A stretch of DNA of 64,000 nucleotides, from positions 124,001 through 188,000 of the forward strand of contig CP145422.1 in assembly GCA_036867785.1 (NCBI GenBank), given 5' to 3'. The translations under genes were made by a program, and so were the position numbers. The stretch comes from Plasmodiophora brassicae. Lineage: Eukaryota. Positions 13,267 through 24,470 of the stretch are shown piece by piece. Within the stretch, counting starts at the first letter, position 1. Every line of letters begins with the position of its first letter. The notes beneath the pieces were generated by a model. It worked only from the letters and a program-made list of their open reading frames with translations, was not told where the DNA came from and did no database searches.

Positions 13267-13339
13267 TGTCCTCTTCGCGGATCGAACGCGAGACCTTACG
13301 ATCTTCAGTCGTACGCTCTCCCAACTGAGCTAAGAAGAC
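13267..13339 (-). tRNA. tRNA-Phe(GAA), copy 1
   Basis: GTCTTCTTAGCTCAGTTGGGAGAGCGTACGACTGAAGATCGTAAGGTCTCGCGTTCGATCCGCGAAGAGGACA; cloverleaf, anticodon GAA, no intron, downstream T-run. Confidence 0.96.
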
Positions 13340-13858
13340 CACAACCTGCTGGTGCTCGGCGTTGCTAACAAACATGTTAATTACCCCACATTCGTTCTGG
13401 TATATGCAAACGCCTCCTGTCGAATTCAAGTGATCATTGGTCCAGAGCGGCACATTGTCCCAGGAGACCGGCCAGACGTATCAAGGGCACAAAGACCGCA
13501 TATGGTCAATCCCCGGTTATGACAACTGAGCTGCGAAATGATAACCAAATGTGAACGGAAGAGATCGTATGAGGTCGATCATTGCCGGCAGGAATGCGAA
13601 TCCGGACTCAATGTCGTGGTCCCCATGGACGAATTTAGGTTGTAAACGCGGTACATCGTGGAACAGAGAAGATCGGAGTTGCTGATGCCCTTGCAAGTTC
13701 CATGCAAAACACCAGGCACCGTCCTATGGGGACGATCTGGAACCCGATTCGCTCGTCAGGCGTGAGGCACTAACGGAGACTGGCATTGGCGTCATTTAAC
13801 AAAACAGATCGCAGCTACGGCTGGCCAGTGGGCAGTGGTGGCACCCGACAAAAGAAGA

Positions 13859-13931
13859 TGTCCTCTTCGCGGATCGAACGCGAGACCTTACGATCTTCAG
13901 TCGTACGCTCTCCCAACTGAGCTAAGAAGAC
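13859..13931 (-). tRNA. tRNA-Phe(GAA), copy 2
   Basis: Identical 73-nt sequence; T-run downstream. Confidence 0.96.
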
Positions 13932-14733
13932 AGCGACGTGTATTGCGACGGTTCATACTGTACTCGGATATGGATCCGACACCTACCATAGGTTAACTGA
14001 TTTGGTAGTTGGACGCCTGATTGTGACATTGCAATTCCCGCGTCGAGGTGGTCAACAGCATCTGCCCCAGGGAACGACAAACGAGGAGGTGTATAGACAC
14101 AGACCAAGCGCGGCGGTCGCATGACGCCTCGATCGACGACACTGTTGTTGTGCAGCATCCCTCCAAGACTGTTTCTTCATATTCCGATCAGCATCGACAC
14201 CGGTTGCCCTCTGATCCCCGAAGAAGTTATCGCTGCCGGCATCCACGAAGCAGCACCCTTGGCAGCCGTCATCGTGTGACGGAACACCCCGCTTCGGCGC
14301 CACGAATGCGAACAGAGCAGGTTAGTCGCCAATGGCGCCGAACTAACCGACACGCCAGCTGCGATCTCACTCATCCCAGGACCGCCCAGTCACCGATAGT
14401 GGCCGGGTACAGAGGGTCGACGCCTCGGTAGGCGGACGGATGCGTCTCGTTGCGTTCAGTTTGCCAATTGTCTCGTGTGAGCGCGATAGCCGACGTCGCA
14501 CGGAATCGCGTGATCCTGAGATGTTGCCCAACTCGGACGATGCGTCGCCAACGTCGGTTCTATGCCTCCGAATGGGTGGCCAGTCCATTCGCGCCCGCTC
14601 GCTCCGATGCAGGCCCAGCCTCCGAAACCAACGGAGAGTATCTCACGTTCGGTCGTCGGGGACGTAGTGGTAGCAGAGCGTTTGTCGCGTAGAGAGCGCT
14701 GGCTGTCGATTGCGGTAGTTGCACGTCCCAGGC

Positions 14734-16575
14734 ATGACGACGACAACGCTGGTGGAGGCCGCCGGGTTCTTCTTCGACGACTATGGCACGTGCATCGTGT
14801 ACGCCATCGTCTGGTTCACCCTGCTGATCGCGTTCCTGCACGCGACCTGCTACATCGTGACGTACTCCGTCACGCTGGGCAACGTCGCCGTCTACGGCGA
14901 GAAGAACCAGGACCACCCGGTCCTGACGCGACTCGTTGCCGGCACGTTCCTCGTGCTGTACACCTGCTACAACGCTGGCATCTACGGCCTGTTGGTCATG
15001 TCGATGGACTTCGGCCACGCGTTCTGGCGGTCGCCTTGGGGCATCCTGGACCCGACGCTCACCGTGATACTCATGCTGGAGCCGCTTGCGCTAGTGATCG
15101 TCACCTGGCTGAAGATCAAGTGTGCGATCGACTCGTGGCGACGTGCACCCAACGAAGAGGAGGTGCTGGAGGCGATCGCCCAGCGGGAGGAGAACAAGAG
15201 GGAAAGCAACAGCAACCCGTACGTCACGGTCGTCATGCCGATCTACAACGAGCCGATTGAGTCGCTGATGATTGCGATCAACTCGGTGACGGAGGTCCAG
15301 TACCCGTTGCACCGCCTGCACCTCGTGCTGGCGTTCGATTCCGACCACGTGTCGACGCTGTACCGGGCGGTCATCTACTGCCTCCAGGCGAACAAGGCCG
15401 ATATCGACTACGTCGCGCTGTCGACCAGCAAAGGCATGGACGAGATCGGCGACATCGGCAACGACTTCCCTGCCGTCGGCGACATCATGTACCGGGGCCT
15501 GATGGTGACCCCATGCCGGTTCGTGCACGGCGGCAAGCGGCACGCGCAGATGTGCGCCTTCCGCTACCTGTCGGACGTGTACGCGGCGCAGGCGACGAAG
15601 CCGCTGCTCCTGTTCATCGACTCGGACATTGAGCTGGACGAGTTCGCCATCGCGCACTTCACCTACGAGATGACGGGCCAGACGGGCGTCTACCGCGAGG
15701 CGCTGACGGGGCTGATCACGTGCAAGACGGCCGGCACGTACAGCTTCCTGAAGGTACTGCAGGACACCGAATACGTTGAGTCGCAGATGCTGCAACGCAA
15801 CGCTGAGGATTACCTCGGGTCGGTGTCCTGCCTGCCGGGCGCCCTGACGATGGTCCGGTTCGAGACGCTGGCCAGCGTCGCGTCCATCTACTTTGGCAAC
15901 ATGGACGCCGTCGACCCGTTCGACTTCAACCGGACGCACCTGGGCGAGGACCGCTACCTGACGCACCTGCTGATGGAGAAGCGTCCCGAGAGGTACCGTA
16001 TCGGGTTCTGCCCGTCCGCCCGCTGCAAGACGGAAGGGTGCGACTCGTTCCGATCGCTGCTGAAGCAGCGCCGGCGATGGTACCTGGGGACGCTGATGAA
16101 CGAGGTCTACCAGCTGGCGTCGCCGATCCTCTGGCGGCAGTACCCCGGCCTGAACGGTCTGATTGGTCTGTCCGCCCTGCGCAACGGCCCGCTGTTCGTC
16201 TACGTCCTGTTCCTACAGCTGATGCACGGCCAGGGCACGTGGTATTCGTACGCGTACGCCGTAAGCGTCTTTGGTGCCATTTGGATGTTCGTGATCGCCG
16301 CCGGCTTCAAGATTGGCCGACTGAAAATCGCCTGGTTCTACCCGGTCGTCCTGGTCTGCCTCCCCGTCATGGCCGCCGTCTTCCAGGTCTACGGGATGTT
16401 GACCTTCAACGTACGTACGTGGGGCGGGCCGCGTACCGCCGCTGACCGGGCGAGCGAGAGTGCTCTCGATGAGGTGGTCATTATGCCAAAGCACGACCTC
16501 CCACAGGCAATCGCAGATGATCAGGAGCCGATCGGTGATGGCGACCATGCCGCGATGATGGGCAGCCCCATGTAG
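14734..16575 (+). CDS. Chitin synthase (GT2), compact, apparently intronless
   Basis: VVMPIYNE, HGGKR, LFIDSD, CLPGA, LGEDRYLT, QRRRW, TWGG; N- and C-terminal TM helices. Confidence 0.9.
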   Translation: MTTTTLVEAAGFFFDDYGTCIVYAIVWFTLLIAFLHATCYIVTYSVTLGNVAVYGEKNQDHPVLTRLVAGTFLVLYTCYNAGIYGLLVMSMDFGHAFWRSPWGILDPTLTVILMLEPLALVIVTWLKIKCAIDSWRRAPNEEEVLEAIAQREENKRESNSNPYVTVVMPIYNEPIESLMIAINSVTEVQYPLHRLHLVLAFDSDHVSTLYRAVIYCLQANKADIDYVALSTSKGMDEIGDIGNDFPAVGDIMYRGLMVTPCRFVHGGKRHAQMCAFRYLSDVYAAQATKPLLLFIDSDIELDEFAIAHFTYEMTGQTGVYREALTGLITCKTAGTYSFLKVLQDTEYVESQMLQRNAEDYLGSVSCLPGALTMVRFETLASVASIYFGNMDAVDPFDFNRTHLGEDRYLTHLLMEKRPERYRIGFCPSARCKTEGCDSFRSLLKQRRRWYLGTLMNEVYQLASPILWRQYPGLNGLIGLSALRNGPLFVYVLFLQLMHGQGTWYSYAYAVSVFGAIWMFVIAAGFKIGRLKIAWFYPVVLVCLPVMAAVFQVYGMLTFNVRTWGGPRTAADRASESALDEVVIMPKHDLPQAIADDQEPIGDGDHAAMMGSPM

Positions 16576-16754
16576 GGTACCCCTGCCCACGAAGCGTTCC
16601 AATCCTGGCCTCATTGTTCCTTGTCATTCATAAACGTTCCCCCTCCGCCTGTTTACTTGGGCCAATCGCGTTCAAACCAGGATGCCGTTTCCCGCTGGCT
16701 CTTGAATGGCCCGATGCCGCTCGTGGCCCCGATGGCGCCGGCAGCAACAAAAAA

Positions 16755-16827
16755 TGTCCTCTTCGCGGATCGAACGCGAGACCTTACGATCTTCAGTCGT
16801 ACGCTCTCCCAACTGAGCTAAGAAGAC
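16755..16827 (-). tRNA. tRNA-Phe(GAA), copy 3
   Basis: Identical 73-nt sequence; T6 immediately downstream. Confidence 0.96.
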
Positions 16828-17107
16828 AGCCACGCTGCGCACAATCATGAGGCGACCCAATGTGCGGGCACGGCCATGAACACGGGACAGTGCAGTCCCT
16901 CTCGCTCTCCTGCAGCATCCTACCGCGCCAATCGGGGCGTTTATTATCGTTGGGGCTCCAGCGCGAACGTCTTGGCGGCGACTTTCCAGTCGAGGTCGTT
17001 GACGTCGCAGGAACCTTCGCCGTACGGGTCCCAGCTCTTATCGAATGACCCCAGGTTCCTAGGGTAGCCAGGTTTAGATACCTAACGTCTGCAGCGTACG
17101 CCATTGC

Positions 17108-18043
17108 CTACAATGTGGACGCGGGTGAGAAGTGGCTGTGGTAGACGTGACCTTCGCCATGGTTCATGTGGATGGTGTCGACGCTGGGCGTCAGGTTGAT
17201 GGTGACAATCTCCTTGTTAGCCTGTGCGTACGCCACGATCCAATTGTCGAAGCCGGTCCCGCCGATCAGGAACGGCGGCAACGCCATCCAGTCGATCGCA
17301 GCGTCCCGGTTCCAGAAGAAGAAATCCGCTGTGATGTCCTGGAATTTCTTCCCGTTCGCACGAACGAACGCCGTCCAGTTCCGCCACGTCCCATCGTCGA
17401 TATCGCGATCCATTGGCATGATCTCATCCGGCACGTCCACGTTGTATCTGACGCCAGTGATGAACACGGATTGCCACCCGTGCTCGACGATGCCGTTGGC
17501 GATCGCCTCCAGGGCCGGAGGCAGCGTGTCCAGGAAGATGATATCACTGTTCGTGAACCCAAGGATAGGGCCCGTTCCGATCCGTGTCACCGTCTCCATG
17601 ACGTGGTTGTACGTCTGGTCGCCGATAGCGCTACCGCTAGCCGGGTGCATGGTCGGCAACCCGAGGCGATGCGCCACCTTCGCCGTCGGGCAATGCTTCG
17701 TCATCACGATGAAATTCACGCGGTCCAGGATCCGCCGCGAATGCAGCATGAACTTGAAGTGGTTCATCCCACCAGCGTTGTACGTGTTCTTTGCAATCGG
17801 TTTCGGTGTCAGGATGATCGTCGCCAAAGCGTCCGGGTTCAACGGACGCGACAGGCCCAGTTGCCCGCATTCGAAATCAGGTTCGTCGTCGACGGCGAAC
17901 ACGGCTGCCGGCGGCGACACCCGCCAGCAGGACGACACCAACGCGGCCACAATCACAACGATCTGGAACGCGGCGACGATGCAGGCGCCGATGGCCAGGC
18001 GCTGTTTGGCGGGGTCGTACCCAGGCCAGCGACGACACAACAT
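17108..18043 (-). CDS. Type II membrane putative glycosyltransferase (GT-A-like); 3' end may extend through an intron
   Basis: N-terminal TM; FTNSDIIF (DxD-like), DFFFW, PPFLIGGTGFDNWIV, HMNH. Confidence 0.55.
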   Translation of the reverse strand: MLCRRWPGYDPAKQRLAIGACIVAAFQIVVIVAALVSSCWRVSPPAAVFAVDDEPDFECGQLGLSRPLNPDALATIILTPKPIAKNTYNAGGMNHFKFMLHSRRILDRVNFIVMTKHCPTAKVAHRLGLPTMHPASGSAIGDQTYNHVMETVTRIGTGPILGFTNSDIIFLDTLPPALEAIANGIVEHGWQSVFITGVRYNVDVPDEIMPMDRDIDDGTWRNWTAFVRANGKKFQDITADFFFWNRDAAIDWMALPPFLIGGTGFDNWIVAYAQANKEIVTINLTPSVDTIHMNHGEGHVYHSHFSPASTL

Positions 18044-18752
18044 CGTTGCTTGCCTGTCCCTGGCACTGCCTGCAAGCTCTAGGCGGCTCTCGGCGCGCTA
18101 ATGTTACACATGCCCTAGCCGGTGCTCAGCGTGTTAGAGGGCCTGGGCGCCTGTGCATCAGACGACGACTTGCACCTGTGCTGAAGGTGCAGGGAGTTCA
18201 CCCATACGGGTCGGGCACGTCGGCAGGCGTCCAGCAGGACGCGCTGTGCTCGTCGTGGGTCGTGCAGCTGGTCTACGGCGACGTCGGCGCTGGCGCAGGT
18301 AGACGCGCCATGGCGTTGACGACCCGCGACGTGCGATGTCGAACACAGCGACATGTACCTGTTGTTGCAGTCTTGCAGACAGGCCCAGTTCAGCGGACGC
18401 TCACCACAGGGCTCGCACAGATCAGATGCGGCGCCTCTCCGACGTCAGGTGTCGCCGCCGGACCATGTACTGCCGTTGCCGGCGCATCGTGCCCAAGACC
18501 CTGACTGGAAACGCGGAAGCAATGAAGCGCGCGGATTAGCCATGGTTGATCATACAGGGCGCAGGTCTGCTGGAGAACGAGACGCCAGGCGGTGTTATCT
18601 ATGACTTGCAGGCAGGCTACATTCTTGGCGATACAGAAGAACGGTGGCACATGTGCCAACGCACACTGCAAGCTGCCTCTGATTTGTCCGATGGGGTAAC
18701 AAGGTGGAGATGCTCTGCGCGCACTTTCCAGCGACTGATTCTAATTTCAGAG

Positions 18753-20316
18753 ATGGCCGAATACGACGTGGACTGTGACAGCGAGGACAGCTGGGGTTCG
18801 TGCCTATTTGACGCCGACGACGTGATCGAGATCGACGACGATTTTTTCCAGCAATATGACGTCTCAGCCGACGTGCCCGATACGGAGGAGACCCCTGCCA
18901 TCGATATTCGACCTGATCGACCGTCCGTGTCCGACGTCGCCGATCCGAGGTCGGCCGAGTTCCTCACTGTCCACGATATCTGCCGTTCCGTGTTCGAATT
19001 CCTCGACCTTCGTTCGCTTATGCCCTGTCGATACGTCAGCAAGAAGTTTGGGGCGCACGCCAGGCACGCGCTCCTGCACCGATTCGTGCGTTACGCGAAG
19101 CGCACGCGCGAATCGCCGATCGGGGTCGCCGTCCGATCCGATAATCCGTTCATCATACGCTGCATGTTGAACGACCCGAGAATGCAGGAGTGGATCAATG
19201 CCGATGTGCGCATCGGGCCGGTCGACACCGGCACGCCGCTGATGCTCTGCGCCATGTTGGAGAACGCGCGAATGATGCGCGCCCTGCTCACCCAATCCGC
19301 CGTCGACGTCAATGCCATCAACGAGCATGGACAATCTGCCCTCTACCTAGCAGCGCTCTACTCCCTCATGCACGTCCAATGCGTCGACCTGCTCCTGGCC
19401 GACCCTCGCACCGACATCAACCTGCGCGTTGGCCCTAAACGCGAACCGATCCTGTCGTTCGCCATCGAACACAACCGCAACGATTTCGTCGACAAGTTCC
19501 TCCAGCACCCCCGGGTTCAACTGTGCGGTCTCGGCACGGACGACCACCCGACCGCATTCCACCTGGCGCGTTACCCGGAAACCTTGTCGCTCCTCCTCCG
19601 GAACATCACTGTTCCGATGCTCAGCATTGCCGATACGTCCGGGTCCACGCCTTTGCACTGCCTGCTGAAGGCAAAGGGCGCGAAGCTGCGTCACCTCTTT
19701 GACGTCGAACGCCGTGTTCTCGTGTTGATCCGGGACCAGGTCCCCGACGATGTCCTTCATCGAATCGATGCGCGGCGCTCGCTATTCGCTGATTTCGTCG
19801 CGTACTGTCGACCTGGACCTCTCCTCGACTACCTCCTGCTGTGCGGGCGTATCTCGCTGGACCTGCAAGACACAACGCTGGCCGCCATCGTCAACAACGA
19901 CATGAGCTGGAACCGGATCCTATCGCATGCTGCCATCGAGCAGCAGCTGCTATCGAATCCGTACCTGGTGCAAGTGTGCCTGGCGCGTGCAATCCAGGCC
20001 TGGTACAATTGCGATCGTGTCCGATTCGTCTGTGACCGATTCCGACCCGACCTGAATGCATTCCTGCCGACCGCGGCGATCGATGTCAGGCACAGGGTGC
20101 ATGGACCTGTTACGTCCTTCATGCTGGCGGCATGCGTCTTCGACCCGGGCGCGTTACACGTTCTCGTCCATCGGCGCGAGCACCAACTTCACCATCCGCA
20201 ACGTTAACGGATTCATGTCTGTGCACATGGTCCCTAACCATGACTTGCATCGCACACAACGCCAATATCTGTGGTGTATGGTCACCCCCGAGTCGCTCGT
20301 TGAAGTCGGGTGGTAG
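18753..20316 (+). pseudogene. F-box + ankyrin-repeat gene, copy A, frameshifted near the 3' end (stop at 20207 instead of 20316)
   Basis: F-box-like DICRSVFEFLDLRSLMPCRYVSK; ankyrins GTPLMLCA, GQSALYLAA, GSTPLHC; +1 nt near 20179 versus copy B; ancestral tail TNFTIRN..EVGW* lies in another frame. Confidence 0.75.
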
Positions 20317-20451
20317 ACAGGAACAAAACTGATTCGCTTATTCTCGTGCAAATAGCAGCATTTACTTCTTGGCTACGATTTTAGTCTGAAATCGGTTCAA
20401 CCGTTTCGCAGGACCAGTGTCAGGATCGCCGTTATCGCGTTGATGTTTTGT

Positions 20452-21260
20452 TCAATCTGACGCAGAGCGACGTCGAGCACCTGCCGATCGAACTGATCCC
20501 GGCACAGATCGCGAACGGCGCAAATCAGGTCCCTGGTAGGTGGAAGACGAGATAGGACAGGGCCCGCGGGAGCGATGCGCAGATTCGTTGGGCGGCGGCG
20601 ACTTGGAGGAACGATAACCGGCGCGGCTCTTCATCACCATCAGATCTGGGTGGAACCGCGATGCGTGAGCCTGGCTGAGGATGCGGCGCACGAACTCTAC
20701 AAAGACGGGGCGGAACACGGTTCGATGCAGAGGTGACCATCCCCACCCGTCGTTGAACGTCGTACGAAACACACGTCCGCCGTCGAAACGAATCAGTGCA
20801 TGGACCGGTCGGGAGAGCGGTTGATCATCGCACTCATAACATGAGCGGCGATGACTCTGGGACCCCAGTCGTCGAAGGTCGCGTGAGCAGCAGATCGGGA
20901 TATCGATGGAGGTGATCTGTCGATGGAGAGAGAGAGGGAGACATGCATGCTCTGGTGGTTCAGCCAGTAGTCGAAGCAGTGCAGGCGCGTGGGCACCGTC
21001 CGCCTCGCCTCCAAGCGGGCCTTCCAGGATGGATACAGGTACTACTCACTTACGGCCCGATACCCTACCGCCAGACTACGATCGGTCGGTTGCTGGCTTC
21101 TGCAAGGCAAAGCGCTCCTGTGTGCACATCACGGAATGGCTTGCCGACCAATTAGGCTTGCAGCTTGACCTGTCGTGGACGGCCAAGCACGTCGCTGCCG
21201 ACGCCCTCGATGACCGCGCGCGACCCGTCTGCGCCGGCCGCCGAGACCACGTCCCGCATG
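20452..21260 (-). CDS. Hypothetical multi-exon gene within unit A (5' part deleted in unit B)
   Basis: Stacked minus ORFs 21152-21367, 20793-21014 and 20452-20772; no recognised domain. Confidence 0.3.
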
Positions 21261-21386
21261 CCTAGTGATGAAGCGCTCGCGGTAGATCGGTTCGTCACAG
21301 ATCCACGCTTTGCATCAGCCATAAAGGGCGAACGAACGATTGAAACGACGCCTTGTTGGGAGTGCATTTATTTCCCGCTCCGGGTG

Positions 21387-21990
21387 TTACCAAGCGATCC
21401 CGTCACAAGTCCCGTCGAATAGCCACGTGCCGATGGTGGCGTTCCGGACGGATTGCAACTGCTGCGACAGCCGCGTGGATTTGGATCGTTCGGCCTCCCG
21501 ATCCCGATTGGCGTCGGCCAGCTGTCGGGAGAGCCGTGCATTGTCCCGTTCCAGATCCGCGACGCGTCGCTCTAGGTCGGCAACGACCTGTCGATGCTGT
21601 TCCCGTTCCGGGTCGACATCGACAGGCGACACCGACTGCTCCTCCTGACGTCGAGCGGCTTCCCTTTCGATCTGACTGGTCATGTCCGCCAGTTGCATCT
21701 GTAACCTGAGCAGAGCGTCTGAGAACGACGTCGGCGGTGTTGACGTTGATACCAGGGCTGTGTGACCTGACGTTCTCCTGGGCCTGTGCATCAGACGACG
21801 ACTTGTACCTGTGCTGAAGTTGCAGGGTGCCCACCTGAACGGGTCGGGCACGTAGGCAGGCGTCTTGCATCATGACGCGATGTGCTCGTCGTGGGTTGTG
21901 TCGCTGGTCCGCGGCGACGTCGGCGCCGGCGCAGGTAGGCGCGCCATGGCATTGACGACCCGCGACGTGCGATGTCGAACGCAGCGGCAT
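21387..21990 (-). CDS. Chimeric junction ORF: new N-terminus fused to the duplicated coiled-coil 3' exon
   Basis: ...SSSDAQ|AQENVR reads through the 21777-21783 junction; second exon LQMQLADMTSQIERE matches 24471-24790. Confidence 0.4.
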
Positions 21991-22382
21991 GTACTTGTTG
22001 CTGACGACAGGCCCAGTTCAGCGGACGCTCACCACAGGGCTCGCACAGATCAGATGCGGCGCCTCTCAGACGTCATGTGTCGTCGCTGGACCATGTACTG
22101 CCGTTGCCGACGCATCGTTCCCAGACCCTGACTGGAAACGCGGAAGTAATGACGCGCGCGGTCTACCCATATGGTGGATCATACAGGGCGCAGGTCTGCT
22201 GGAGAACGAGACGCCAGGCGGTGCTATCTATGACTTGCAGGCAGGCTACATTCTTGGCGATATTAGAACGGTGGCACATGTGCTAACGCACACTGCAAGC
22301 TGCCTCTGATTTGTCCTATGGGGTAGCCGGGTGGAGATGCTCTAAGTCGCGCACTTTCCAGCGACTGATTCTATTTTCAGAG

Positions 22383-23945
22383 ATGGTCGATGACGGCGTC
22401 GACTGTGACAGCGGGGACAGCTGGGGATCGTGCCTATTCGACGACGATGACGTGATCGAGATCGACGATGAGTTTTTCCAGCAACATGACGACCCAGGCG
22501 ACGTGCCCGATACGGAGGAGACCCCTGCCGTCGATATTCGACCTGATCGACCGTCCGTGTCCGACGTCGCCGATCCGAGGTCGGCCGAGTTCCTCACTGT
22601 CTACGATATCTGCCGTTCCGTGTTCGAATTCCTCGATCTTCGTTCGCTTATGCCCTGTCGATACGTCAGCAAGAACTTCGGGGCGCACGCCAGGCACGCG
22701 CTCCTGGACCGATTCGTGCGTTACGCGAAGCGCACGCGCGAATCGCCGATCGGGGTCGCCGTCCGATCCGATAATCCGTTCATCATACGCTGCATGTTGG
22801 ACGACCCGAGAATGCAGGAGTGGATCAATGCCGATGTGCGCATCGGGCCGGTCGACACCGGCACGCCGCTGATGCTCTGCGCCATGTTGGAGAACGCGCG
22901 AATGATGCGCGCCCTGCTCACCCAATCCGCCGTCGACGTCAACGCCATCAACGAACATGGACAATCGGCCCTCTACCTAGCAGCGCTCTACTCCCACGTG
23001 CACGCCCAATGCGTCGACCTGCTCCTGGCCGACCCTCGCACCGATATCAACCTGCGCGTTGGCCCTAAACGCGAACCGATCCTGTCGTTCGCCATCGAAT
23101 ACAACCGCAACGATCTTGTCGGCAAGCTCCTCCAGCACCCCCGGGTTCAACTATGCGATGTCGGCACGGACGAACACCCGACCGCTTTCCACCTGTCGCG
23201 TGACCCGGAAACCTTGTCCCTCCTCCTCCGGAACATCACTGTTCCGATGCTCAGCATTGCCGATACGTCCGGATCCACGCCTTTGCACTGCCTGCTGAGG
23301 GCAAAGGGCCTGAAGCCGAATCACGTCGCCGAGATCGAACGCCGTGTTCTCGTGTTGATCCGGGACCAGGTCCCCGACGATGTCCTTCATCGAATCGATG
23401 CGCGGCGCTCGCTATTCGCTGATTTCGTCGCGTACTGTCGACCTGGACCTCTCCTCGACTACCTCCTGCTGTGCGGGCGTATATCGCTGGACCTGCAAGG
23501 CGCAACGCTGGCCGACATCGTCAACAATGACAGGTGCTGGGAAAGGATTCTATCGCACGCCGCCATCGAACAGCAGCTGCTATCGAATCCGTACCTGGTG
23601 CAGGTGTGCCTGGCGCATGCAATCCAGGATTGCAAGAATGGCAAACGTGTCCGATTCGTGTGTGACCGATTCCGACCCGACCTGAATGCATTCCTGCCGA
23701 TCGCGGCGATCGATGTCAGGCACAGGGTGCATGGACCTGTTACCTCCGGCATGCTGGCCGCATGCGTGTCCGACCCGGGCGCGTTACGCGTTCTCGTCGA
23801 TCGGCGCGGCATCGACTTCACCATCCGCAACGGTAACGGACTCACGGCTGTGCACATGGTCCCTAACAATGCCTTGCATGACACACATCGCGAATATCTG
23901 AAGCGGATGGTCACCTCCGAGTTACTCGCTGAAGTCGGGTGGTAG
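22383..23945 (+). CDS. F-box + ankyrin-repeat protein, copy B (intact, about 520 aa)
   Basis: Same motifs as copy A plus terminal ankyrin GIDFTIRNGNGLTAVHM; uninterrupted ORF. Confidence 0.85.
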   Translation: MVDDGVDCDSGDSWGSCLFDDDDVIEIDDEFFQQHDDPGDVPDTEETPAVDIRPDRPSVSDVADPRSAEFLTVYDICRSVFEFLDLRSLMPCRYVSKNFGAHARHALLDRFVRYAKRTRESPIGVAVRSDNPFIIRCMLDDPRMQEWINADVRIGPVDTGTPLMLCAMLENARMMRALLTQSAVDVNAINEHGQSALYLAALYSHVHAQCVDLLLADPRTDINLRVGPKREPILSFAIEYNRNDLVGKLLQHPRVQLCDVGTDEHPTAFHLSRDPETLSLLLRNITVPMLSIADTSGSTPLHCLLRAKGLKPNHVAEIERRVLVLIRDQVPDDVLHRIDARRSLFADFVAYCRPGPLLDYLLLCGRISLDLQGATLADIVNNDRCWERILSHAAIEQQLLSNPYLVQVCLAHAIQDCKNGKRVRFVCDRFRPDLNAFLPIAAIDVRHRVHGPVTSGMLAACVSDPGALRVLVDRRGIDFTIRNGNGLTAVHMVPNNALHDTHREYLKRMVTSELLAEVGW

Positions 23946-24470
23946 GCATGAACAAATGTTGATACTCTTTACTCTCCTTCAAACCGCAGCATTTACTTCT
24001 TGTCTCTTGACTACGACTTTAGTCTGAAACCGGGTTCAACCGTTTCGCAGGACCAGTGTCAGGATCGTCGTCATCGCGTTGTTCAATTTGACGCAGAGCG
24101 ACATCGAGCACCTGCCGATCGAACTGATCCCGGCACTGACCGCAGATGTCGCAGATCAGGTCACCGGATACGCGTAGGTCGAAGACGAGATAGGATAGGG
24201 CCCGCGGGAGCGATGCGCAGACTCGTTGGGCGGCGACTTGAAGGAACGATAACCGGCACGGCGCTTCATCATAGATCTGGGCGGAACCCCGATACGTGAG
24301 CCTGGCTGAGGATGGGGCGCACGAATTCTACAAAGACGGGGCGGCATACGGACCGGCGCGGTCGCGGTGGGTCGGTTCGTCATAGATCCACGCTTTGCAG
24401 CAGCGATAAAGCACGAACGAACGGTTGAACGACGCCTTGTTGGGTGTGCATTTATTTCCCGCTCCGGGTG

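Noticed and set aside
13658-13710. ACAGAGAAGAT match to the U6 core
   Set aside because: Only 11 nt match; flanks do not follow U6
13267-16827. tRNAs as local substrates of the neighbouring RtcB
   Set aside because: All three tRNA-Phe genes are intronless
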